A stretch of 64,000 nt of DNA from Vicinamibacterales bacterium (GTDB lineage Bacteria; Acidobacteriota; Vicinamibacteria; Vicinamibacterales; UBA8438), in NCBI GenBank assembly GCA_965262555.1, contig OZ253543.1:1546970-1610969 (forward strand). Direction: 5' to 3'. The notes below the pieces were generated by a model. It saw nothing but the letters and a program-made list of their open reading frames with translations, made no database searches and was not told where the DNA came from. Shown here piece after piece: positions 40,110 through 49,966 of this stretch (within the stretch, counting starts at the first letter, position 1; the number at the start of each line of letters is the position of its first letter). A program made the translations under genes and the position numbers.

Positions 40110-42221
40110 GTGATCATGTGGCAGCGACCCCTGCGGGCCGGACTGGGCCTCTTCGCGGTGGCGTTCGGCGTCGCCGTCATCCTCGGCGTGCGCGACCGGA
40201 GTGTTCCTGAGGCGACCGTCGCACTCGAGGGTGCAGACCCGGACGCCATCCTTCAGAGCCGCGGCGCGCGGATCACGCTGGCGGACGGGTCAACGATCGA
40301 CGCCGACCGGCAGTTCGCCTACGCTGACGGACGATCCCGCTTGGTGGCGGTCGCCTTGGCGGTGCCTGGCGACGACACGCAGACGGGTCTTCGGATCCGG
40401 GGGGGCGAAGCGACAGGCAGCGAGGATGAGGCGGAGTGGACCCTCACGGGTGAGGTTGTCATCGAGACGGACGACGGATTAACCGGAATTACGGCGGAGG
40501 CCAGCTATGCGGACGGCGACGGCGTGGTCCGGATGCCGGCGCCAGCCCGCTTCGAACAGGGTTGGATGACGCTCGCGGGCGACGCATCGCGGTACGACCG
40601 CCGGCGCGGCCTGTTGCATCTCGATCGCGAGGCGGTCGTGGAGTTGCGGAGCGGGGAGGGCGACACGGCCGTCGAGACACGGATCGCGGCCGCCGCCGCG
40701 CTCATCGCGCGCACCGACGGCTACATGCGCTTCGATGGCGAGGTGTCCATCAACACGGGCGACCGCCGCATGGCGGCAGATCAGGCGCTTGTCCGGTTCG
40801 ATTCGGACGCCTCGCGCCTCGACGCCGTTGAGCTGACCGGGGATGCGCGCATCGAGGGACGCGATGCAACGCCGGGACGCCTCCGTGCCCTGGCGGCGCC
40901 CGCCATCGCCGTCACGTACGTGGACGGGGCGCTCCACGACGCGGCCGTCTCGGACGGAGGATTGGTCGAGATCCACGGCGAAGCGGGTGCGCCGGGGGCT
41001 GCAATCGCGGGCAACAGGGTCGACGTCCGCTTCGATGAGAGTGCCGGCAGCTTCGCCTACGTGCGAGCGGGCGGCGGAGTGACGCTCACACTGCCGGCGG
41101 CGGCCGGGACGCTCCGGATAGTCCGGGCGGATGCACTCGATCTGGACGGCGCCCAGGCCGCCAGCGGTGACGACCCGACCACGCCGGCACGCTTCGACGG
41201 CGCTGTCGAGTACCGCGAGCAGGGGAACCGTGGATCGAGCGAGCGGATCGTCCGGGCGCAACGGCTCGAGGCGACGCTACGTGACAACCTGACACGCCTG
41301 AGCGACGCGCAGTTCACCGGCGACGTCAGGCTGGTGGCGGGCGTGGTGCAGGGCCTGGCGGACGCGGCGACGTACGCACCGGATGACGAGACAGTGATTC
41401 TTCTGACCGCCGATGCCGACGGCCGTCCGCCCCGCGTGAACCATCGGTGGGGATCGATCCAGGCGGCGACCATCACCGTACAGCTCGGTGGGCCGGATAT
41501 CGAGGCGGCCGAGCGGGTTCGGGGGGTCCTGCAGCTCGATGGGGATCAGCGTGACACCGACGACCTGATCCGGCCCGGTCTGTTCGACGAAGGGCCGCCG
41601 CTCTATGCCACGGCCGAACGGTTTACGTACGACGCCGCCGCGGCGCACTCCATCTACACGGGCGGCGCGCGCCTCTGGCAGGGGGACACCGAGATCCGCG
41701 CCGGGACGATCGCGCTCCACGAGTCGACCGGTAACCTGGAAGCGGACGGCGACGTGCGGACCCGGACCGCGATGCGGCGGATCGACCATGACACCGGCGA
41801 GCCGGTGGAGACGTCAGCCGCCTCGCAGGGCGAGACCTTCCGGTACGACCACGTCGGTCGGGAGGTGTCCTACACCGGTGACGCCTCGCTCGCGAGCGGT
41901 GTCACGGATATCGCTGGCGGCACCATCACACTGCACCTGGGCGACGACACGCGGACGCTCGAGCGGATTGACGCGAATGGCGACATTCGGCTCACTCTCG
42001 GCGATCGGCGCGCCGCCGGTGACACGCTGGCCTACGAGGATGGCGATGGCCGGTACGACATGACGGGTGCGCCGGTCCGCATTGTCGAGGAAATGGGCGG
42101 CGGCTGCCGCGAGACGACCGGGCGAGCGGTCACCTTCTACGTCACGGACGAGGCGGTAACGGTGGACGGGCGGGCCGAGGCGCGCACGACGTCGTCAACC
42201 GGTCCGTGCCAGGCGTTCTGA
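40110..42221 (+). CDS. Membrane-anchored multi-domain OstA-like protein (LptC-like N-terminus followed by several LptA-like beta-jellyroll modules)
   Basis: 703 aa with an N-terminal TM helix ([17 protein letters not shown]). It has repeated LptA-style segments (for example [48 protein letters not shown] and [22 protein letters not shown]). It sits directly upstream of lptB. Confidence 0.65.
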   Translation: MIMWQRPLRAGLGLFAVAFGVAVILGVRDRSVPEATVALEGADPDAILQSRGARITLADGSTIDADRQFAYADGRSRLVAVALAVPGDDTQTGLRIRGGEATGSEDEAEWTLTGEVVIETDDGLTGITAEASYADGDGVVRMPAPARFEQGWMTLAGDASRYDRRRGLLHLDREAVVELRSGEGDTAVETRIAAAAALIARTDGYMRFDGEVSINTGDRRMAADQALVRFDSDASRLDAVELTGDARIEGRDATPGRLRALAAPAIAVTYVDGALHDAAVSDGGLVEIHGEAGAPGAAIAGNRVDVRFDESAGSFAYVRAGGGVTLTLPAAAGTLRIVRADALDLDGAQAASGDDPTTPARFDGAVEYREQGNRGSSERIVRAQRLEATLRDNLTRLSDAQFTGDVRLVAGVVQGLADAATYAPDDETVILLTADADGRPPRVNHRWGSIQAATITVQLGGPDIEAAERVRGVLQLDGDQRDTDDLIRPGLFDEGPPLYATAERFTYDAAAAHSIYTGGARLWQGDTEIRAGTIALHESTGNLEADGDVRTRTAMRRIDHDTGEPVETSAASQGETFRYDHVGREVSYTGDASLASGVTDIAGGTITLHLGDDTRTLERIDANGDIRLTLGDRRAAGDTLAYEDGDGRYDMTGAPVRIVEEMGGGCRETTGRAVTFYVTDEAVTVDGRAEARTTSSTGPCQAF

Positions 42222-42240
42222 ACCGGCGTCGTACCCTGCC

Positions 42241-42975
42241 GTGCCGTCTATGTCTTTCCTTAAAACGTCGGACCTGACCAAGTCGTACGGCAGGCGCACG
42301 GTCGTACGCGACGTCAGTCTCGACGTGCACCCGGGCGAAGTGGTCGGCCTGCTGGGCCCGAACGGCGCCGGCAAGACCACGACCTTTTACATGGTAGTGG
42401 GCCTGACCCCGCCCGACTCGGGACGCGTGCTGCTCGACGGCCAGGACATCACCGGGGACCCGATGTACGTCCGCGCGAAAAAAGGCATCGGCTACCTGCC
42501 GCAGGAGCCCTCTGTCTTCCGCGGGCTGACGGTCGAGCAGAACATCCTGGCGATCCTCGAGACGCTCAAACTGAGGCGGGCGGAGCGGCAGCGCCGGGCG
42601 GCAGAGCTGCTGGCTGAACTGAACCTGACGCCGCTCGCGAAGGCGCGTGCACACTCGCTGTCGGGCGGCGAGCGGCGCCGGGTCGAGATCACCCGTGCGC
42701 TGGTGATGTCCCCCTCGTTCATGCTGCTCGACGAGCCGTTTGCCGGGATCGATCCGATCGCGGTGACCGACATCCAGACGATCATCTTTCACCTGAAAGA
42801 GCGGGGTATCGGCGTCCTGATGACCGACCACAATGTCCGTGAGACCCTCAAGATCACTGATCGGGCCTACATCATTCACGACGGCGACGTGTTCAAGAGC
42901 GGAACACCGGACGAGCTGGCGGGCGACGAGGCGGTCAAGCGCATCTATCTGGGCGCTGATTTCCGTCTGGATTGA
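42241..42975 (+). CDS. lptB: LPS export ABC transporter ATP-binding protein LptB
   Basis: 244 aa with [20 protein letters not shown] and the C-terminal AVKRIYLG, in the conserved position before rpoN. Confidence 0.93.
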   Translation: MPSMSFLKTSDLTKSYGRRTVVRDVSLDVHPGEVVGLLGPNGAGKTTTFYMVVGLTPPDSGRVLLDGQDITGDPMYVRAKKGIGYLPQEPSVFRGLTVEQNILAILETLKLRRAERQRRAAELLAELNLTPLAKARAHSLSGGERRRVEITRALVMSPSFMLLDEPFAGIDPIAVTDIQTIIFHLKERGIGVLMTDHNVRETLKITDRAYIIHDGDVFKSGTPDELAGDEAVKRIYLGADFRLD

Positions 42976-43040
42976 GTCGCCAGCCCGTGCGGCGGTGTGG
43001 GAACAGCGTGATCGGACGTTTGGACTAAGATCAACGGAGG

Positions 43041-43064
43041 CGGTCCGGCCGGCCGGCCGGACCG
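43041..43064. repeat. 24-bp perfect palindrome built on (GGCC)n between lptB and rpoN
   Basis: CGGTCCGGCCGG|CCGGCCGGACCG at 43041-43064. Confidence 0.3.
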
Positions 43065-43083
43065 CGCGTCGGGCGGGCACTCG

Positions 43084-44643
43084 ATGGCCATTCACCAGAG
43101 ACTCCAGGCGCGGCTGTCGCAAAAGCTCGTCCTGACCCCATCGCTGCAGCAGGCGATCAAGCTGTTGCCGATGGCGACGATTGAGCTGGCCGACCTGCTG
43201 AACCAGGAGGTGGTCGAGAACCCGCTGCTCGAGGAGGTGCCGGAGGACGATGGCGCGCCGATGGAGTCGACGGAATCGGTCGACGGCGCGAAGACGGACG
43301 ACGCGCCTGATGCCGTCACGGCGGCGGAGTCGTCCGACTCCACGGCGGACGCCGAGCCGGAGGACAGCGGTGACCGGCTCCCCGTGACCGGCAACGGCGC
43401 GGAGAGCGCGCCGGCGGCGGATCCGCCGGAGAGCGCCGCGACTGCAGATGATTGGGACGATAGTGATTACGAGTATTTCTTCGGCGACTACCTCGATGGG
43501 AGCTATCGGCCCCGGATGCCCATGGAGGTGCCTGAATTACCACCGATCGAGCAGACACTCGCGACGACCGGATCGCTCTCCGACCACCTCCGTTGGCAGC
43601 TTCTCATGCAGTGGGACGACAACGGGTTCCGGGAAATCGGCCTGGCAATCATCGGGAACCTGAACGAGGAGGGCTATCTCGTCGCGTCGATCGAAGAACT
43701 AGCAGCGATGGGCACATGGTCCCACGACGATGTCCGGCGGGTGCTCGCGCTGGTGCAGGCATTCGACCCGGCCGGTGTGGCGGCCCGCGATCTGCAGGAA
43801 TGCCTGCTGCTGCAGATCCACCGGATTGGGCTGTCAGGCACACCGAGCGAGACGATCATCCGGGACCACATCAGCCTGCTCCAGAACCACCGGTTGCCCG
43901 AACTGGCCAGACGCCTCGGTCTGACGCTCGCCGGGCTCCGGGAGCACCTCGATGTGCTGCAACGGTTGGATCCGAAGCCGGGCAGCGCGCACAATCCGGT
44001 TCGATCACACTACGTCATTCCGGACGTCACAGTCGTCAAGGTGGACAACGACTATGTTGCCGTCCTGAACGAGGACGGCATGCCCCAGCTCCGCATCAGC
44101 CCGGTTTACCGGCGCATGATCAGCAAGGGCAGCACGACGCCGGAGGAAACCAAGGTCTACGTTCGGGACAAGTTCAAGTCGGCCCTCTGGTTGATCCGGT
44201 CGGTCGATCAGCGGCAGAAGACGATCCACAAGGTGGCGACCAGCATCATCCGCTTCCAGCGCGATTTCCTTGATTACGGGGTGGAGCACCTGAGACCATT
44301 GGTGCTGCGTGACGTGGGGGACGACATCGGCATGCACGAGTCGACCGTGAGCCGTGTCGTCACCAATAAGTACATGCACACACCGCAGGGCGTACTGGAA
44401 ATGCGGTACTTCTTTCACCACGCCCTCCACACGACGTTCGGCGAGGGCATCTCGTCGGTCGCCATCAAGCAACGGATCCGGAAGATGATCGAGCGGGAGG
44501 ACGCTCGACACCCGCTGAGCGATGCCAGGATCATGCGGCGGCTGGGGGAAGAAGAAGGCCTGACGCTCGCGCGGCGGACCATCGCGAAGTACCGGGAGGA
44601 GATGAAAATCCCCACGTCCAGCCGCCGGAAGGCGCACTACTGA
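43084..44643 (+). CDS. rpoN: RNA polymerase sigma-54 factor
   Basis: 519 aa. Region I is LxxxLxLTPSLQQAIKLL, followed by a long acidic region II and the RpoN box ARRTIAKYREEMKIP. Confidence 0.95.
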   Translation: MAIHQRLQARLSQKLVLTPSLQQAIKLLPMATIELADLLNQEVVENPLLEEVPEDDGAPMESTESVDGAKTDDAPDAVTAAESSDSTADAEPEDSGDRLPVTGNGAESAPAADPPESAATADDWDDSDYEYFFGDYLDGSYRPRMPMEVPELPPIEQTLATTGSLSDHLRWQLLMQWDDNGFREIGLAIIGNLNEEGYLVASIEELAAMGTWSHDDVRRVLALVQAFDPAGVAARDLQECLLLQIHRIGLSGTPSETIIRDHISLLQNHRLPELARRLGLTLAGLREHLDVLQRLDPKPGSAHNPVRSHYVIPDVTVVKVDNDYVAVLNEDGMPQLRISPVYRRMISKGSTTPEETKVYVRDKFKSALWLIRSVDQRQKTIHKVATSIIRFQRDFLDYGVEHLRPLVLRDVGDDIGMHESTVSRVVTNKYMHTPQGVLEMRYFFHHALHTTFGEGISSVAIKQRIRKMIEREDARHPLSDARIMRRLGEEEGLTLARRTIAKYREEMKIPTSSRRKAHY

Positions 44644-44647
44644 GGCG

Positions 44648-45034
44648 ATGCCCGGCACCGGCACAGCAGACAGCGGTGGCGTGACCCGTGTCGACAAACC
44701 GTGGGGCTACGAGTTAATCTGGGCCAGGACCAACCGTTACGTCGGCAAGGTAATCCACGTCCGGGCAGGTCATGCCCTCAGCCTCCAGTACCACGAGCGG
44801 AAGGAGGAGACGATCCTCCTGTGGCGGGGACGCCTTCGCTTCCAGCAGGGCGCGGGTGACGCCGCGCGCGATTGGGAGATGCACCCGGGCGAGCGCGTGC
44901 ACATCACACCCGGCACCGTCCACCGCATGACTGCGATCGAGGACAGTGACCTGTTCGAGGTCTCCACCCCAGAACTGGAAGATGTCGTCCGGCTGGACGA
45001 TCGCTACGGACGCACCGGGACGTCCCAGCCATAG
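44648..45034 (+). CDS. Cupin-domain protein (mannose-6-phosphate-isomerase type II C-terminal-like)
   Basis: 128 aa: KPWGYELIWA...G.ALSLQYHERKEET...VHRM, a cupin motif pair. Confidence 0.7.
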   Translation: MPGTGTADSGGVTRVDKPWGYELIWARTNRYVGKVIHVRAGHALSLQYHERKEETILLWRGRLRFQQGAGDAARDWEMHPGERVHITPGTVHRMTAIEDSDLFEVSTPELEDVVRLDDRYGRTGTSQP

Positions 45035-45082
45035 CGCGCCCGTTCGGCGCCAGGTGGGGGCTGGAGGGAGCGGGCACCAGAG

Positions 45083-45565
45083 CTAGAAGGGGATGTCGTC
45101 CTCGCTCAGTTCCGCGCTGCCGCCGTTGCCCGGCTGGTTGCCCGAGGTTGCCTGCGCAGGGGTTGCCTGCGCAGGCGAGCGTCCCTCGTAGTGGTCCGAC
45201 CGGCCGCTGGGCGCGGCCTCGCCTGCCCCCTCGCGCCGGCCGCCGAGCAGCACCACGTCGTTGGCGCGCACATCGACCGAGATGCGCTTCTTCCCGTCGC
45301 GATCCTCGTAGTCCCGAAGGCGCAGCCGGCCGTCGACGTAGACGCGCTGACCGCGCTTCAGGTACTCCTGGATCCGTTCGCCCCGCTTGCCCCAGAAGTC
45401 GACCCGGAACCACTGGGTGTGCTCTTGCCGCTGCCCCTGCTTGTCATTCCAGACCTCGGTGGTGGCCAGACTGAAATTGAGCACCGCATCGCCGCTCGGC
45501 GTATACCGAAGCTCCGCGTCTCGAACGAGATTGCCGACCAGAATGATCTTGTTGACGCTTCCCAT
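45083..45565 (-). CDS. ssb: Single-stranded DNA-binding protein
   Basis: 160 aa from ATG 45565 (MGSVNKIILVGNLVRDAELRYTPSG...). It has an OB fold, a Gly/Pro/Gln-rich linker and the canonical acidic tip DDIPF. Confidence 0.93.
   Translation of the reverse strand: MGSVNKIILVGNLVRDAELRYTPSGDAVLNFSLATTEVWNDKQGQRQEHTQWFRVDFWGKRGERIQEYLKRGQRVYVDGRLRLRDYEDRDGKKRISVDVRANDVVLLGGRREGAGEAAPSGRSDHYEGRSPAQATPAQATSGNQPGNGGSAELSEDDIPF
45146..45175 (-). repeat. Perfect 15-bp tandem duplication inside the ssb linker (encodes PAQAT-PAQAT)
   Basis: GGTTGCCTGCGCAGG occurs at 45146-45160 and again at 45161-45175. Confidence 0.9.
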
Positions 45566-45675
45566 GGTGTGTCTTAACCCCCCGCGCGTCTGCGCCTCAG
45601 CGTATGGTCCGTGTTCCCCACTCTTCCTTATGTGAATGCTCGCCACTCGGCGCCGGTCGGTCGAACGCAGTCGAC

Positions 45676-46569
45676 CTAGGGCTGGGGTTGGCCGAGACGG
45701 TCGAGCGCCTGCTGCGCCAGCGCCGCCATGTCACTCTCTGGATAGTTCGTCACCACCAGTTCAAACGCCTGCCGGGCCCGTTCCGGATCATCGAGCCGCT
45801 CGAGCGCCAAGCCCCGCTTGTAGGAGGCCTCGGGCACCACATCGCCGTCGGGATAGTTCAGCAGCACCTGCTCGAACGCATCGACCGCCTCGTCGAAGCG
45901 GCTCTCGGCGAAATAGGTCTGTCCGATGTAGAACGCCGCGTCGTCGGCAAAATCAGACCGGGGCACCGTCTTGATGTACGCCTCGAACCCCTGGATCGCC
46001 AGCGCCCACTGCCCGTTGGTGTAGTCGGCCCATGCGGTGTCGTACAGGCGCTGCGGCGAGATGCCGGCGCCCGGCGCGACCGCCGCCAGCGGCACGGCTG
46101 GATCGGCGCCAGCGGTTGCCGCAGTCTCTGTCTCCGGCTCGCCCGCCCCCGGGGACGTGATCGGTAGTCCGGTCTCTGGATCCACCGTGAGTATCGTCGT
46201 CGGGAGCGGCATCCGCGGGATCGCCTCGCGCAGCGTCTCGATCTCCTGCGACAGCGACGCGATCCGGACGTTTGACTCGTCGACCCGCTCGCGCACCACG
46301 CGGACGACCGTAGCAATGTTCGCGGTCGCCAGTTGCTGGTCCGCGAACGCGCGCCGCAATGCATCGCCGAGCGCCTCCTGGCCCTCCGCCAGACTATTCA
46401 GGCGCGCGTCGATCGCGTTCATCATCAGGTGCAGTCGGAGCGCATGCTCCTGCAGCATCCGGATATCAGCCATCAACTGTTCCTGCTCGCGGTCAGCAGC
46501 CGCAGCCGCCGCCGGGAGCACCAAGGTGACAGCCAGCGCCAGCGCGGTTGCGGTGACGGTCGGTCTCAT
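45676..46569 (-). CDS. ybgF: Tol-Pal system protein YbgF/CpoB
   Basis: 297 aa from ATG 46569 (GGAGG upstream). It has a signal peptide, a coiled-coil N-half and a TPR C-half (YDTAWADYTNGQWALAIQGFEAYI...). It is the last gene of the tol-pal cluster. Confidence 0.8.
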   Translation of the reverse strand: MRPTVTATALALAVTLVLPAAAAAADREQEQLMADIRMLQEHALRLHLMMNAIDARLNSLAEGQEALGDALRRAFADQQLATANIATVVRVVRERVDESNVRIASLSQEIETLREAIPRMPLPTTILTVDPETGLPITSPGAGEPETETAATAGADPAVPLAAVAPGAGISPQRLYDTAWADYTNGQWALAIQGFEAYIKTVPRSDFADDAAFYIGQTYFAESRFDEAVDAFEQVLLNYPDGDVVPEASYKRGLALERLDDPERARQAFELVVTNYPESDMAALAQQALDRLGQPQP

Positions 46570-46645
46570 GCCAGTCCTCCGGTGGGGGGGTGTGCCGACT
46601 ACTGTACTCGGGTCCGGCCGCGAACGCCAGATCCGGGCGACCGGA

Positions 46646-47269
46646 TCAGCGGGCCGTAACGACAAAGTGGGCGCGGCGGTTCTGCGCCCATGCCTCGGGC
46701 GCATCACTTGGCGCAAACGGAAACTCCTCGCCGTAGCTGATGGTCCGGATGCGGGAGGCCTCGACTCCCAGGCTCACGAGAACATTCCGCACGGCCAGCG
46801 CGCGCTGTTCGCCCAGCGCCAGGTTGTATTCCGGTGTGCCGCGCGAGTCGCAGTGGCCTTCCACCGTCACCGACCAGTTGGCGTACCACGCGAGCAGCGC
46901 CGCGTTTGCCTCGATGGCGGCGCGGGCGTTCACGTTCAGATCGGTGCTGTCGTAGTCGAAGAAGACCGGCTGCAGCGGGGAGTTACGGTTGATCTCCTCA
47001 AGTGACTGCGATGCGAAGTCGTCCTCCGGCAACGGCGTTGCGGGCGGCACCGGAGGCGTCGGCCGGCGCACATCGGCGGGCGCCGGCGACGGCTCCTCGG
47101 CTGGCGCGGGCGGCCGCACGGGCTCGGGTGGCCGGGACGGCGGCAGGGTGGGACGGACGCACGAGGCACCCAGCGCCACGGCCAGTGCGACCGCCAGCAG
47201 CCGGTCGATGCGCAGTCGTCGACGGTGCTGGCCGCCGGGACGTCTCGTCTTGCTCAGCACCCGAGTCAT
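46646..47269 (-). CDS. pal: Peptidoglycan-associated lipoprotein Pal (OmpA-like domain)
   Basis: Lipobox ALGASC and OmpA-C block EGHCDSRGTPEYNLALGEQRA. The start is placed at ATG 47269 (ATGA overlap with the tolB stop). Confidence 0.88.
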   Translation of the reverse strand: MTRVLSKTRRPGGQHRRRLRIDRLLAVALAVALGASCVRPTLPPSRPPEPVRPPAPAEEPSPAPADVRRPTPPVPPATPLPEDDFASQSLEEINRNSPLQPVFFDYDSTDLNVNARAAIEANAALLAWYANWSVTVEGHCDSRGTPEYNLALGEQRALAVRNVLVSLGVEASRIRTISYGEEFPFAPSDAPEAWAQNRRAHFVVTAR

Positions 47270-48663
47270 CGCGACCAACTCGGCATCTCGTTGTTACCTG
47301 TATGCGTGATTTGGCGAAGGCCCCGGCCGTCGCGGCCGATCTGCCAGATTTGCTTGACGCCGCTCCCGCGCGTTGATGAGAACACCAGATGTCGGCCGTT
47401 CGCCGAGTAGCTCGGACTTTCGTTCGTGCCCAGGCCGAACGTCAACTGCCGTACGTCGTTCGTGGCGAGGTCGACCACCTTGATGTCGAAGCCGGGCCCG
47501 GTGCGCGACGTGTACGCGATCTCGTTGTACGGACTTGGTGACCAAGTGGGCCGGTCGCAGTACGACTCGAACGTGATGCGCCGCAGTCCGGTCCCGTCCA
47601 CCCCGACGACATAGATCTGCGGCGATCCCGTCCGGTCGGACGTAAACGCAATCTGGTGGCCGAGCGACGACCACGTGGGGCTGGCGTCGATCGCCGGGTG
47701 GTCGGTCAGGCGCCGTAGCCCGGTCCCGTCGACATTCATGAGGTAGATCTCGGAATTGCCGTCGCGGTTCGACATGAACGCCAACTGCTGGCCGTCGGGC
47801 GAGTATGCCGGCAGGAAGTTATGCGCATCGCTGTCTCCGCCGGCCGGTGTCTCGAGGCGTCCCTCGTAGATATGCGACACCACGATGTCGGGCAGGCCGC
47901 TCCGGTAGGAGGTGTACGCCACTGCCCGGCCGTCCGGCGCCCATGCCGGGCTGACGTTCAGCGTGCGCTCGACGGTGACCCGTTGAACATTGGCGCCGTC
48001 GTAGTCGGCGACGTAGATCTCCTTCGTCTGGCGGTCGGGCACCAGGCCAAGGACCGATTGGCTGTCCCGGTCGGAGGTGAACGTCAGGCGAGTCTGCGCC
48101 ACGCCCTGCACGCCGCGTTGCCGCCGGTGGATCTCGTCCGAAAAGGCATGCGCGTAACTCCGGACACTGCGGAAGCCGCCGGTGTAGCGTTCACCCACCG
48201 CCGACGCGTAGGAGTTGACATCGAACAGCCGCGCCTCGACCTCAATCTGATCGTCACCGATCCTGCGGACCGAGCAACTGACCACGCCGTCAGCGCCCAG
48301 TTCGCGCCACGCCTCGAAGGGGAGTGCGGTCAGTTCGCGGGCGGGCGGGATCGATGCGTAGGTGTCGCGCGCCACCATCCTGAATTCCCGCTCGAACTCC
48401 AGGTCGTCCCAGAGCACCTGCGCGATAGTCGCCGCCGCCTCCACCGTCTCCCCGTCGGTCGTCAACGCCAGGCAATCGGGAACGGCGAACCGGGGCTGCG
48501 CGCCGATACGCCCGCCGATTCGGAGATCCACCTCAGAGCGTTGGGGCCGTGCGGGATCGGACGGCGGCTGTTGTGCGGCCAGCAGCCACGCGCCGGCCGC
48601 TGGCGCGAGCAGCAGGGCGAGCGCCAACCGTGGGATATGGCTTCGTGATCTGGTCTGTGTCAT
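47266..48663 (-). CDS. tolB: Tol-Pal system beta-propeller protein TolB
   Basis: 465 aa with a signal peptide and repeated P(A/T)(W/Y)SPDG-type blades. Confidence 0.9.
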   Translation of the reverse strand: MTQTRSRSHIPRLALALLLAPAAGAWLLAAQQPPSDPARPQRSEVDLRIGGRIGAQPRFAVPDCLALTTDGETVEAAATIAQVLWDDLEFEREFRMVARDTYASIPPARELTALPFEAWRELGADGVVSCSVRRIGDDQIEVEARLFDVNSYASAVGERYTGGFRSVRSYAHAFSDEIHRRQRGVQGVAQTRLTFTSDRDSQSVLGLVPDRQTKEIYVADYDGANVQRVTVERTLNVSPAWAPDGRAVAYTSYRSGLPDIVVSHIYEGRLETPAGGDSDAHNFLPAYSPDGQQLAFMSNRDGNSEIYLMNVDGTGLRRLTDHPAIDASPTWSSLGHQIAFTSDRTGSPQIYVVGVDGTGLRRITFESYCDRPTWSPSPYNEIAYTSRTGPGFDIKVVDLATNDVRQLTFGLGTNESPSYSANGRHLVFSSTRGSGVKQIWQIGRDGRGLRQITHTGNNEMPSWSR

Positions 48664-49460
48664 GACTCGTACTCGAAGGTGAGACGGACGGTCAGGCTCT
48701 CCTCGGGAAAACGTGATGGCAACGGTGGCATGGTGGCGGCAAGCAGCACCGCGCGTTGCGCGCCCAGGTCGAGCGCCACATGACCACTGCCCCTGAAGAC
48801 GCTTACCTCGTCGATCGCGCCGCTCCGCTGCACGGTGAAGCGGATCACCACAACGCCCGGCACGCGTTGGTTACTGTCCCACTGGCGCCGGATCATTTCG
48901 AGCATCGTCGCGAGGTACTCCGGGCAGCAGAAGTCACCGACGTCCAGCTCCAGGCCTGCGCCGCCCAGCCCGCCCGCCGAGAGCCCGTCACCCAGCCCCT
49001 CCACCCCGGTGTCAGCCATCGTCGTGCCCTCGCGCGCCTCGGGTCCGCGGGTTGGCGTCCGGCCCCGTGCCTCCTCGGGGGCGGTCTCCGTCTCGACTTC
49101 GGGTTCCGGTCGGCGGCGAGTCTCCGCGTCCGGCACTGGCAGGATCATCTCGGGCGGCGTCGGCGTCGGAGGCTGAATCCACTCCGGCCGGCGCGCCTCG
49201 CTCAGCGGCGTTACTTCCTGCACCGGACGTCCCCCGAGCGGCGTCAGTCCCCCCTCACCCGGCCCCGCCGGACCGCCCAGCCTGAGCGTCATCACGTTGA
49301 GATCTCCCTCATCGCTGTCAGCGGCGAGCCAGGACGACGGCCCCAAAAGCGCCGCGGCGATGAACACGACGTGCGCCGCGGCCGAGACAATCACAGGCCG
49401 ACGGAGGTCGCCCGCCGGACGAACGCGCTCCGCGAGGATCGCCGACGTCGGTTCTTGCAT
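48660..49460 (-). CDS. TonB-family energy transducer in the TolA position
   Basis: 266 aa with an N-terminal TM helix, a Pro/Glu-rich spacer and a C-terminal TonB_C-like domain. ATGA overlap with tolB. Confidence 0.7.
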   Translation of the reverse strand: MQEPTSAILAERVRPAGDLRRPVIVSAAAHVVFIAAALLGPSSWLAADSDEGDLNVMTLRLGGPAGPGEGGLTPLGGRPVQEVTPLSEARRPEWIQPPTPTPPEMILPVPDAETRRRPEPEVETETAPEEARGRTPTRGPEAREGTTMADTGVEGLGDGLSAGGLGGAGLELDVGDFCCPEYLATMLEMIRRQWDSNQRVPGVVVIRFTVQRSGAIDEVSVFRGSGHVALDLGAQRAVLLAATMPPLPSRFPEESLTVRLTFEYES

Positions 49461-49489
49461 CCTCTCCCATCATGCCTCACGGGAGCCCG

Positions 49490-49954
49490 TTATGGTTCCC
49501 GCGGGAGGTCGAGCACGAGGCCCACCTCCTCCACGCCCCCCGCCTTCATATAGTCCATCACGGCGACCAGTTCACCATAGGTGATGTCCTGATCGCCTCG
49601 CAGGAACACCGACCTGTCAGTCCGCGTCGCCAGCTCGTCGCGCAGCAAGTCCGCGAGGACGTCGATCCGGACGTTGTCGTCTCCCAGTTGCACGATGCCA
49701 TCCGATCGGAAGGCGAGCGGCACGGTGACGAACAGGCGCTCGGACACCAGCGGTTCGGCGCGCCGCGCTTCAGGCAGCTGGACGTCCAGCCCGCGCTGCA
49801 TCATCGGCGCTGTCACCATGAAGATCACCAGCAGCACCAGCATCACGTCGACCAGCGGCACCACGTTGATCTCGGAGAGCGAGGTGGTAACCCGCCGTCC
49901 GCGCCGGCGGCCACCGCGGCCGCCGCTCCCCTCCGCCGTCTGTACCTTCGGCAT
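49490..49954 (-). CDS. tolR: Biopolymer transport protein TolR/ExbD
   Basis: 154 aa: SEINVVPLVDVMLVLLVIFMVTAP..., the ExbD/TolR signature. Confidence 0.88.
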   Translation of the reverse strand: MPKVQTAEGSGGRGGRRRGRRVTTSLSEINVVPLVDVMLVLLVIFMVTAPMMQRGLDVQLPEARRAEPLVSERLFVTVPLAFRSDGIVQLGDDNVRIDVLADLLRDELATRTDRSVFLRGDQDITYGELVAVMDYMKAGGVEEVGLVLDLPREP

Positions 49955-49966
49955 CGTGCCAGACCC

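Noticed and set aside
43041-43064. The (GGCC)n 24-bp palindrome between lptB and rpoN as a regulatory site or mobile REP-like element.
   Set aside because: It is a single copy in the window and low complexity. It is most simply an lptB-proximal hairpin or attenuator. It is recorded as a feature but there is no basis for a stronger claim.
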